From a virus (lineage: Duplodnaviria; Caudoviricetes), in the IMG/VR virus record IMGVR_UViG_3300037634_007329, positions 1 to 64,000 of that record: a stretch of DNA of 64,000 bases; one strand, written 5' to 3'. Positions 8,899-17,355 of this stretch are shown piece by piece. A program made the position numbers and the translations under genes. The notes beneath the pieces were generated by a model. The model saw nothing but the letters and a program-made list of their open reading frames with translations. It made no database searches and was not told the DNA's origin. The first letter of the stretch is position 1. Each line of letters begins with the position of its first letter.

Positions 8899-9228
8899 AT
8901 GGAAAAAATATTAGATGAATTAAATCACTATGTGGGTAAAATAACTGAGGAATATTTAGCTAAACTAAACGCAATGGCTAGAGAACTAATAGCCAACCAA
9001 GAAGGGAATTCAGATTTAGATGAAACATACTTAGAAACATACCTAAAGGAACAAGAAGCTGCGTTTGAAGAAATGTTAAGAGACAAACTGGAATCAATAA
9101 AAGCTAACCTAGAAGACATGACGACTGGATCAGACGTAATTAAAGAAAAAGCATTTGATAGAATTAGAGAATCCTTTGGAAGGATTTTTAAATCAGTTGC
9201 TGAAAAACTGCAATCATTATTTAAGTAA
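8899..9228 (+). CDS. Hypothetical coiled-coil protein
   Basis: 109-aa helical, Glu/Leu-rich ORF. Confidence 0.6.
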   Translation: MEKILDELNHYVGKITEEYLAKLNAMARELIANQEGNSDLDETYLETYLKEQEAAFEEMLRDKLESIKANLEDMTTGSDVIKEKAFDRIRESFGRIFKSVAEKLQSLFK

Positions 9229-9241
9229 ATAACATAAACCA

Positions 9242-10213
9242 GTGAATAGTTTTAAAAAGGGCAAGCAAATAACTTCAAAGAAGTTTTTTGACATACAAGA
9301 TAAAATGATGTATGAACACGGATGGCCATGGTCTGCTAAGAGCGGTGAAAGAAACGTAGGATTAGGAGATGCCCTATGGAGAACTGGACTTGCTTATATA
9401 GCGTGGAAAGATGAAGATATAAAGGAAGGAATAATTGGCTGCTTTAGAAAGGTTAAAATAAATCATCATTTCAAGAAAGAATTCTATCAACCAATGCGAG
9501 CAACAGGAAGATACGGTGAAGACGATGTTTCTAGAGATCAGGTTACTATGGCGTTTACTGCATTAAAAATAAACGGTGACCAGGAAGAATTAAAGGAAAT
9601 TGCATCTAAAACTCCATATAAACTTTCAAGGAGAATGAAAATGACACCTGACATGTGGCTATGGGTACAATCTCTATATCGTAACAAGCCTAAAATTTAT
9701 GCTCATCTCTACTGCTTGTTAAATCTTTCTTATTTATGGATAGGGTTGGGATTAAATAAGATAATGGGTAAAATATTGGGGTTAAAAACTATTCCAGATA
9801 AAGATTATGATTCTACTTACCATTACAATAAAAGGAATAAGTGGAATAAATTTCAAATGATATTATATAAAGCACTTTATCCTTCATATGCTTTTCATTT
9901 AACATGTTGGCAGATTTATACTCTTCCTTTATCTAATACTTCACCACTTAAATGGCTATTTTGTAAACTCATGCTATCTTCATGCGAAAAAGAAAATTAT
10001 TTATGTAGAATATTGTTAGGAGACTATAGTATAACTAAAGAAGAAGTAGAATCAGTTGAACCTAGAGAGGGTTTCAGATGGCAGATGAGATATGATGGTT
10101 CTTGGCCATCATATCATAATGAAGCTCCTGATGAGTGGAAAGAAAAAAACTTAAAATATAATCAATTAGATAAAGATTGTCTAATATCTATTTTTGAAAA
10201 ACGTGTATATTAA
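9242..10213 (+). CDS. Hypothetical protein (all-alpha; GDALWRTG and SRDQ motifs)
   Basis: 323-aa ORF; no confident family. Confidence 0.6.
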   Translation: MNSFKKGKQITSKKFFDIQDKMMYEHGWPWSAKSGERNVGLGDALWRTGLAYIAWKDEDIKEGIIGCFRKVKINHHFKKEFYQPMRATGRYGEDDVSRDQVTMAFTALKINGDQEELKEIASKTPYKLSRRMKMTPDMWLWVQSLYRNKPKIYAHLYCLLNLSYLWIGLGLNKIMGKILGLKTIPDKDYDSTYHYNKRNKWNKFQMILYKALYPSYAFHLTCWQIYTLPLSNTSPLKWLFCKLMLSSCEKENYLCRILLGDYSITKEEVESVEPREGFRWQMRYDGSWPSYHNEAPDEWKEKNLKYNQLDKDCLISIFEKRVY

Positions 10214-10272
10214 TAAAATAGATATTAGAAATAAAAAAGATTGCATACATATAAAAAATAATTATTAAACTG

Positions 10273-11601
10273 ATGAGAAACATATTATTAACCTTAACCT
10301 TAATTTTAATTCAAACCGTTTGCTTGTCTCAAACGATAGTGTGTGGAGCAGATGAATATAACCAAAAATTCATAGATGATAATCCTACAAAATACAAGCA
10401 GATAGAACAAAATATGCAAAATTGGATTGTTAATAGCCGTTTAAAAAAGGATGTTACTCAACAGCAATACATGATTCCAGTAGTTTTTCATATAGTATGG
10501 AACGATTCTGTTGAAAATCTGCACGATAGTATAATTCATAGACAATTAGAAGTAATAAACAGAGATTTTAATTTATTAAATACTGATACTTCTATTTTAA
10601 CTGATACTTTAAAATTCTTACCCGGAAACATGGGGATAACATTTGAATTAGCAACAGTTAATCCAAAAGGAGGCGTTACTACTGGAATAACAAGAACAAA
10701 CACAACAGTTCCTGCATTTAGTTACTGGGATAATGCTATTAAATTTGATGATTTAGGCGGTAAAGACGCATGGGATCCTGTTCATTATATGAATATATGG
10801 GTTGGTGATTTAGGAGGAGGACTCTTAGGTTATTCACAATTTCCAGGAGGAGATACAATCACTGATGGAAATGTTATAGATTATGCAGTAACAGGAAACG
10901 CATATTATCCATGGACTTATGGACCAGATTATGCAGGAGGAAGAGTATTAGTTCATGAAATAGGGCATTGGTTAAATCTTTTCCATCCATGGTGGGGAGG
11001 CGGATTAAGTTGGTGCGGAGATGATGGAGTATATGATACTGGAAAACAAGACGGTCCTACTTATCCACAAGCTGGTTGCCCAGATACTAGTTTTAGCAAT
11101 TGTACACCATCAGAAAGAGAGATAGTAAAAATTTATATGGACTATTGTGGAGACAGCTGCATGGTTGCTTTTACAAATGGACAAGTTGAAAGAGCTCACG
11201 CTTCAATTCAAACATATAGACAAGATATGATAAATCAGTTTCCTGTAGGTGTCACAGAGGAATCTATTCAAGAGCAGTTGGATATTAAAATCTATCCAAC
11301 TATCACGAGAGGAAGAATAAATATAGATTTTCCAAAAGATATTCAAATTACAGGTAAAACTAAAATTCATGTTTATGACATGATGGGAAAACTAGTTGAA
11401 GTAGAACATATGCATGGAGAAAAATCAAAACAACTATACTTATATAAATTATCTAATGGAACATATCACATTCAACTAATCAATAATGGATATACTATTC
11501 ATTCTCAAAAAATAATTATATCTAAAGATTCTCCTTATGGAACAGAAAGTCTAGAATGGGAATTAGAGGATAAACAAGATACTATTAAAATAGAAAAATA
11601 G
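10273..11601 (+). CDS. M43 (pappalysin/ulilysin-like) zinc metalloprotease with signal peptide and T9SS-type C-terminal domain
   Basis: Signal peptide MRNILLTLTLILIQTVCLSQ; IPVVFHIV; HEIGHWLNLFH; YMDY Met-turn; C-terminal IKIYP...VYDMMGKLV...LSNGTYHIQL...KIII. Confidence 0.85.
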   Translation: MRNILLTLTLILIQTVCLSQTIVCGADEYNQKFIDDNPTKYKQIEQNMQNWIVNSRLKKDVTQQQYMIPVVFHIVWNDSVENLHDSIIHRQLEVINRDFNLLNTDTSILTDTLKFLPGNMGITFELATVNPKGGVTTGITRTNTTVPAFSYWDNAIKFDDLGGKDAWDPVHYMNIWVGDLGGGLLGYSQFPGGDTITDGNVIDYAVTGNAYYPWTYGPDYAGGRVLVHEIGHWLNLFHPWWGGGLSWCGDDGVYDTGKQDGPTYPQAGCPDTSFSNCTPSEREIVKIYMDYCGDSCMVAFTNGQVERAHASIQTYRQDMINQFPVGVTEESIQEQLDIKIYPTITRGRINIDFPKDIQITGKTKIHVYDMMGKLVEVEHMHGEKSKQLYLYKLSNGTYHIQLINNGYTIHSQKIIISKDSPYGTESLEWELEDKQDTIKIEK

Positions 11602-11603
11602 TC

Positions 11604-11801
11604 CTATGACTTATCTTTAGTATTTTGCTTATAGTCTATTATAAAACCGATTAGTACAATTATATTCATACCGAGGCTTGCGCCAAGTTCATGAATATCC
11701 TGGTAAACATTCATGGTTAGATGAACATGTCCAATTATCCAAAATGGAATTGCCAAGTTTTGGCTTATCCATACTAAAGTAAACTTAATAAAATTTTTCA
11801 T
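11604..11801 (-). CDS. Small membrane protein
   Basis: 65 aa, two hydrophobic segments. Confidence 0.55.
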   Translation of the reverse strand: MKNFIKFTLVWISQNLAIPFWIIGHVHLTMNVYQDIHELGASLGMNIIVLIGFIIDYKQNTKDKS

Positions 11802-11891
11802 TTAGAGTTTTCATTTTCTAATCTTTTAATTTTTTGAATAATCCAAATAATAGGATAAATGAATATTCCAATTATTACAAAACCTATAAGT

Positions 11892-12209
11892 TTAATTATC
11901 TTCTTCATCTTTGTTTTTAATATATTCTTTTATAATCCACCATTTCGGTTTAAAAATTATAATAGGTTTTTTATACACATAGCTCATTTCCCATGCCTCC
12001 TCTATCAAACAACCCACTTCGTTGTTTGCTAAATATAAGGTGTCTTTGTTTAAAGTGGCAAACGCAACCATATTTGAAGTATCAGTTAGGTTCACTTGAC
12101 CGGTGCAATACATAGACGATACAGTTGCTATTAAAATAATTAATATTTTTTTCATTTTTATTTTTTTAAAAAAGAAGCAAGGTTCTATTTTAAAACTACA
12201 TAGTTCCAA
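11892..12209 (-). CDS. Hypothetical secreted protein
   Basis: Likely start at MKKILIILIATVSS (signal-peptide-like). Confidence 0.5.
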   Translation of the reverse strand: MELCSFKIEPCFFFKKIKMKKILIILIATVSSMYCTGQVNLTDTSNMVAFATLNKDTLYLANNEVGCLIEEAWEMSYVYKKPIIIFKPKWWIIKEYIKNKDEEDN

Positions 12210-12212
12210 ACG

Positions 12213-12707
12213 TTATTGTGTAGTTCCTTGCTTCTGTGTTATTAGTTCTTCTCTTAATTCCATTAATATTTTACCCAGCGTATTGTTTCCACACCATTTT
12301 CCATTTACAAACGCAGCTCCCCAGAACATTCCACTGCCCCTTGGTCTAGTTGAAACGTTTTCATATATTTCACACGCTTTGGTTTCAATCAGCTTATCTT
12401 GTAAAATAGGGTGTTGTTCTAATTTTAAACATACACATTTCTTCATATTTGAAATATCTTCTGTTGACATCTGTTTAATTTTCATAGATTCTCTATGCTT
12501 CTTAGCTTTCATCTTAGCCGCCATGGGGCTCTTTTGTTCTCGTATAATTTCTCGTATTTCTTCATCATCAAACCTAAGTGCTTGAAACAACGCTTCGCAC
12601 GTTCTCCATATTTTACCATCATATTCTATAGGATACGGTGACATGTTTCCCATCCATCCGTGTTCTAATGCAACTTTAGTAAATGAAATATAATAATCAG
12701 TTTCCAT
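12213..12707 (-). CDS. NADAR (YbiA/DUF1768) family protein
   Basis: MGNMSPYPIEYDGKIWRTCEALFQALRF, KLEQHP.LQ.KL, FWG, GNNTLGKILMELRE. Confidence 0.9.
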   Translation of the reverse strand: METDYYISFTKVALEHGWMGNMSPYPIEYDGKIWRTCEALFQALRFDDEEIREIIREQKSPMAAKMKAKKHRESMKIKQMSTEDISNMKKCVCLKLEQHPILQDKLIETKACEIYENVSTRPRGSGMFWGAAFVNGKWCGNNTLGKILMELREELITQKQGTTQ

Positions 12708-12774
12708 ATTAAATATCTTACTAATTTAAAACGACAGTTTTAAATAAATAAACTAAATATTAATACACCTATCT

Positions 12775-14790
12775 ATGAAATTTATAAAAAACTTTAAAAC
12801 TTATGTATCCGAAGGTGCATTTTATAATAAAGACTCGGGGTCTATTTCTTTAAATTGGAAAAACGATCAAAATAATGAATTAGAAATATTAAAAACCAAT
12901 GTTTTTAATGATACAACGGGTTTTAATAAGAAGGGTGGAAAAAATAGCTTTAGAGTATTCTACGGATTAGAAGTAGATGAAAATAAAATAGCTGAATTAA
13001 ATAATAAACCGATCATTAAATTAACAATGGATGCATTAAAGAATTCGATAATAAAAGGAGGCGCAGGTTCATTAATTGAGTTCGTTAGACCAACGGTTAG
13101 TAAAATTAAATCATACATTGGAAACATAGATTATATAGTTCCAATGGGATCAACTGCTCTTTTATCAAATGATTTAGCACTGGCGGTACAAAAAAGCTCT
13201 CCTTCATCTACAATAGTTCCATTGAAAAAGGATACTTTCAAAAACATAGTGAATGCAATAGATTGGAAATACATAGAATATTACGAAGCAGGAGTAGGTA
13301 ATATACAAAATTCTAAACCTAGAAAATCTCTTTTAAATAACTTAAAACAAATAATATTAAAGGAAATAAATTTAGATAATTCGTCATGGTTTGCCATAAA
13401 CGCTATAAAAAATTCTAAAAACTGGCAAATATTAAGAGGCATATTATTACGATCTGATCCTATACACAGAAATTTTAAAGAAGATTTTAAAATAGAATGG
13501 AAATCTAACCCGTTCAATATACGCAGTAGCGGTAAATCATTCGGTGGAAGTAGAAAAATGTTTAAGACTAAGTATCAAACGCCTCATAGAGAAAAAGAAG
13601 ATTCAAGCAGGAAACATGGAGATTTATATTTCGTAGAAGCTGTTAAAAATTGTATCTTTTATAAAAAAACCATGCTAATAGTTGATGATAACACTAGGAC
13701 TAAGGAAGATATTAGTAAAATATTTGATAGCATAATAGAAATAGCCGATGAGATGTCATTGGAAAAAGGAGAACGTGTAGATAGTACATATCATAAAAGA
13801 ATAATGGCATATGTATTAATGTTTATACCGGATAAAGGAACAAAAAAAATATCTTTAGCTAACAAAGAACTCGTAGACGATTTAAAAAATAGAACACATA
13901 AATTAAAACAAAATGATCCTAGAAACGTCGTTGATTTTAAAAGATATGAAAAAGAATATGAAGAAACACGAGATAAAGAAGACGAACTTGATTTAGATTA
14001 TTTTGACATTGATGAATCCCTTGGCGAACCAGAAACATATACAATAGACAGTAGACCCAATCATATTTATAGAATAGGATGGAACAATAAATGGCAATTT
14101 CAAAGAAAAGAAGCTAAAAATAAAAACATATGGTATTGGGTAGAAAACAAAGATAGTGTAAATAAACTTAATAAAAAATATGATAAAAAACTAGTTGTTC
14201 ATAATGAAGACGATACTAAACTACCACTAGTTAGTCAAAGTGACAAGAATAATTATAAAATGGCTAAAATATATTTACAAAACGATTTAGAAAGAAACAA
14301 GGTCATAGATGCAATTAATCAAAATGCAAAAAAATTAGGAATGTCAAAGAATGCAATAGCGGCTCTTCTTGGAAATGTTGGAAGAGAAAATGGATTTATA
14401 TGGAAAAAAATAGCATCTCCTCATATAGATCCTAAAAACAAAGCTACTAATTTTGGAATAATAAGTTGGCAGGGTTCTAGGAGAGATAAGATACTTAAAA
14501 GATTAAAGGATAAGAAACTATTAGACAAAGGAGGAAAAGTGATAGGGAGCATCTATGGTGTCACAGGTGAAATGGTACGCTTTATAAAGGATGAAATGAA
14601 AGAAGAAGTGTTTAATAAGTTGATGAGTCCATCTATTTCTACATTAGATGCATCTAAAATATTTAAGAACTATATAAAGTATTCTATGGGAAAATACAAT
14701 AAGCCAGATAAACATTTTCATGCATGGAAAAATCACATGTGGGCATCTGCTTTGAAAGAAGATGGTTCAATAGACTATACTTATTCATAG
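12775..14790 (+). CDS. Putative virion/ejection protein: tag + PRTase-like region + C-terminal phage tail-lysozyme-like domain
   Basis: MKFIKNFKTYVSE; IDYIVPMGS and MLIVDDNTRT (PRTase-like); AIAALLGNVGRENG...FGIISWQGSRR (Phage_lysozyme2-like). Confidence 0.6.
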   Translation: MKFIKNFKTYVSEGAFYNKDSGSISLNWKNDQNNELEILKTNVFNDTTGFNKKGGKNSFRVFYGLEVDENKIAELNNKPIIKLTMDALKNSIIKGGAGSLIEFVRPTVSKIKSYIGNIDYIVPMGSTALLSNDLALAVQKSSPSSTIVPLKKDTFKNIVNAIDWKYIEYYEAGVGNIQNSKPRKSLLNNLKQIILKEINLDNSSWFAINAIKNSKNWQILRGILLRSDPIHRNFKEDFKIEWKSNPFNIRSSGKSFGGSRKMFKTKYQTPHREKEDSSRKHGDLYFVEAVKNCIFYKKTMLIVDDNTRTKEDISKIFDSIIEIADEMSLEKGERVDSTYHKRIMAYVLMFIPDKGTKKISLANKELVDDLKNRTHKLKQNDPRNVVDFKRYEKEYEETRDKEDELDLDYFDIDESLGEPETYTIDSRPNHIYRIGWNNKWQFQRKEAKNKNIWYWVENKDSVNKLNKKYDKKLVVHNEDDTKLPLVSQSDKNNYKMAKIYLQNDLERNKVIDAINQNAKKLGMSKNAIAALLGNVGRENGFIWKKIASPHIDPKNKATNFGIISWQGSRRDKILKRLKDKKLLDKGGKVIGSIYGVTGEMVRFIKDEMKEEVFNKLMSPSISTLDASKIFKNYIKYSMGKYNKPDKHFHAWKNHMWASALKEDGSIDYTYS

Positions 14791-15171
14791 AACATTGTTT
14801 ATTATAACATTGCAGTGTGTTCTATACTTATCATCATACTTATAATCAATATCATGTTTATTTAAATTATTAATAATAGTACTGTGATCATTTTTATTAA
14901 GAAACTTAGCTATTTTACATAGCGTTATTCCATAATACTTTTTAAGTATATGAGAAATTATCTGCCTAGCCATTACAAATTCTCTATCTCTTTTAGTAGA
15001 CACTATTAAAGCAGGTTCTATATTCAACGCTAAGGAAGTTTCCTTTAAAGTAGAAATAAATATACTTTCTGATTCTTTATAAACAATGTCTTTGAATGAA
15101 GCCATATCGTATTTTAATCTTGACTCTCTTTTTAATCCTGCGTAAGTATAGGGATGTATCATTTTATCCAA
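14785..15171 (-). CDS. Stand-alone DnaA C-terminal (domain IV) HTH protein
   Basis: KRDREFVMARQIISHILKKYYGITLCKIAKFLNKNDHSTII. Confidence 0.8.
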   Translation of the reverse strand: MDKMIHPYTYAGLKRESRLKYDMASFKDIVYKESESIFISTLKETSLALNIEPALIVSTKRDREFVMARQIISHILKKYYGITLCKIAKFLNKNDHSTIINNLNKHDIDYKYDDKYRTHCNVIINNVL

Positions 15172-15365
15172 TCATTGAATGCCCATTGATATGCGACGAG
15201 CGCATTTAAATTATTATATTTATTAATATATTCCATAGCAGATCTTTCAACTTCCCACTTTAATCTATGTCCCTCTGCTTTATTTAATATTAAATCTATA
15301 TGATCATAGTCCTTTTGAGAAAGTCCATTTGTTTTAATGTCTCTATTGTTCTTTTGGATAGTCAT
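15159..15365 (-). CDS. Hypothetical protein
   Basis: 68-aa ORF overlapping neighbours in operon. Confidence 0.5.
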   Translation of the reverse strand: MTIQKNNRDIKTNGLSQKDYDHIDLILNKAEGHRLKWEVERSAMEYINKYNNLNALVAYQWAFNDWIK

Positions 15366-15585
15366 TCCTTATGTTTCTTAATTCTATTGCTCTTTCAAAA
15401 TTATCAGTTGATGCAAAATATTTTTCCATTTTTTCTATATCATCTAGCGTCACTTCACGTGGATCAAATGGAAAGGCAACGTGCATAATACTTGACTCTA
15501 TTAATTCGTTTAATGTTGCGTTCCCAACTAAATAATTATATCCGTTTTCCATTGCATCTTCTTCTATGTATAAAAACTCTTCCAT
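15343..15585 (-). CDS. Small protein with UVR-like C-terminus
   Basis: IEKMEKYFASTDNFERAIELRNI. Confidence 0.5.
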   Translation of the reverse strand: MEEFLYIEEDAMENGYNYLVGNATLNELIESSIMHVAFPFDPREVTLDDIEKMEKYFASTDNFERAIELRNIRNDYPKEQ

Positions 15586-15625
15586 TATATTTGATATTAT
15601 ACAATGTTAAATTAATATGTTTTAA

Positions 15626-15958
15626 TTATTTAACATTTAGCTTTTTCTTTATCTTAGCTATTCTTTTTTTAATTTTTTTATCGTTTATGTATTCTTCAAC
15701 TTTATTTGAAAAAATTTCATCGTTTTCATTTTCAAGTCTACTTAAAGTTTCTTCTAATTCCTCTAATACATCTGGATCTGAAATATCTAAAAGCTCTAAC
15801 TCTTCGTCGCTTATTACATATTCCTTTCTTAATTCTTCTATTCTATCTATGGTTTCTTTGCAATCGTTACAGAGTCCCTCTTCTACTAAAAAAACCGTGT
15901 TACATTTTTCACATGTAAAATAACTATTCTTCATATGATTATTTATTTGATAACCCAT
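15626..15958 (-). CDS. Zinc-ribbon protein
   Basis: CEKC...CNDC. Confidence 0.55.
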   Translation of the reverse strand: MGYQINNHMKNSYFTCEKCNTVFLVEEGLCNDCKETIDRIEELRKEYVISDEELELLDISDPDVLEELEETLSRLENENDEIFSNKVEEYINDKKIKKRIAKIKKKLNVK

Positions 15959-16316
15959 TGTAATTTAAAAAATCTATAAGTTGTTCTTTGTTTATAAGTT
16001 TTCTTTTTCCGCTAATAACATCTTCTAAATATACCATATCATATGGTGGATTTCCTCTTATTATAAAAACATCTACTTTATATGAAGTTATTGTTTTAAA
16101 AAGCGTTCTAAGTAATTTTAAAAGTCTACCCTGGCCAATTCCTATGCGTTCATGCATGTGCTTACTTTCAATTATCCTTATGTGTTTCTTATTTTTATCA
16201 TATGTTATTAAATCAATATTCATAACTGTCATGTTTCTTTTACAATTCTTAGCTATGAATTTATTTAAAGGAGATCCATAATAGGCTGATTCTTGTTCAG
16301 GTGGTATTATTTTCAT
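15939..16316 (-). CDS. PD-(D/E)xK nuclease-like protein
   Basis: NIDLITYD...IRIIESKH. Confidence 0.55.
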   Translation of the reverse strand: MKIIPPEQESAYYGSPLNKFIAKNCKRNMTVMNIDLITYDKNKKHIRIIESKHMHERIGIGQGRLLKLLRTLFKTITSYKVDVFIIRGNPPYDMVYLEDVISGKRKLINKEQLIDFLNYNGLSNK

Positions 16317-17221
16317 ATTGTCATTGCTTTAACTAAAAACCTATTTTCATTTCTACCGTATTTTCTTTGTATTTTCATAACGGCTTTTACTAAAATTTGT
16401 CTAACTGTTTCTCTAGATAATTCTAATTCATCAGCTATTATGTTTAAATTTGTTTTTTCTTTATATCCTCCTAGTCCATTTGCTTTACAGAAAATGATAC
16501 GTTCTCTATGTTTTAAACATTTAAGTATTTTATGGAAAGCTATATCAAAATCTTCTTTATCTAAATTCATTAGAGATCGCGGAGTTAATGCAGTAGATGA
16601 AAGCACATTAATAGGAGCAGGATTAAAATCATCGATCTCTTCTTTAGATCCCTCTAATCTTGAAATAGGAGCATCGCACATGCTTATAGCATTTAATTCC
16701 TTTGGTTTCAATTTGACATCTATTTTTTTTAGCTCCTCTATTAATTCATCGTTAGTGGGCATTCTTTCATATGTAGATAGAAACATAGCTTGTATTCTTC
16801 CTATTTTCATAAGAATAGTTGACTTATATCTTGGAATAGAAACATGTCTCGAATGTGATGCTATAAATTCTATTATTTCCTTTCTTATGTGCCAAACTGC
16901 ATATGATATTAATTTAAAACCTTTATATGGATCAAATCGTTCAACTGCTTCAATTAAACCAACATTTCCTTGGTTTATTAAATCAGAAAGTGTTATTAAT
17001 TTACCCCTATTATGATAGGCCTTGGCCACGCTTATAACAAACTTTAAATTAGCTTTAACGAGCCTTTCCTTTGATTCTTGGCAACCATCGTATGCTAATT
17101 TAGCTATTTCAAACTCTTCTTCAGCAGATAACATTTCAAATGAATTAACATCATTGAAATATCTATTTATGTTATCATCTCTGTCAGTTGGTGAGTCTGC
17201 TGATATTTTAAACTGTCTCAT
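16313..17221 (-). CDS. Sigma-70 family factor resembling the Bacteroidota primary sigma (RpoD without region 1.1)
   Basis: Likely start ATG 17221 (MRQFKIS); LSAEEEFEIA, LVKANLKFVISVAK, DLINQGNVGLIEAVERFD, SYAVWHIR, region 4 IADELELSRETVRQI. Confidence 0.9.
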   Translation of the reverse strand: MRQFKISADSPTDRDDNINRYFNDVNSFEMLSAEEEFEIAKLAYDGCQESKERLVKANLKFVISVAKAYHNRGKLITLSDLINQGNVGLIEAVERFDPYKGFKLISYAVWHIRKEIIEFIASHSRHVSIPRYKSTILMKIGRIQAMFLSTYERMPTNDELIEELKKIDVKLKPKELNAISMCDAPISRLEGSKEEIDDFNPAPINVLSSTALTPRSLMNLDKEDFDIAFHKILKCLKHRERIIFCKANGLGGYKEKTNLNIIADELELSRETVRQILVKAVMKIQRKYGRNENRFLVKAMTI

Positions 17222-17335
17222 TTTATAGCGCTTTATAGATAATATTATACTAATAATCACAACCTAATTAAAATAAATAACAATATATATTAGAATTATG
17301 CCCGTGGGCAGGGTGAACGTAAAATAAATAAACTA

Positions 17336-17343
17336 TATAAATA
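17336..17343 (+). promoter_or_regulatory. T4-type late promoter-like TATAAATA
   Basis: Exact T4 late consensus 12 nt before the 1346-aa gene; AT-rich background limits specificity. Confidence 0.5.
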
Positions 17344-17355
17344 TCTATTATAAGT

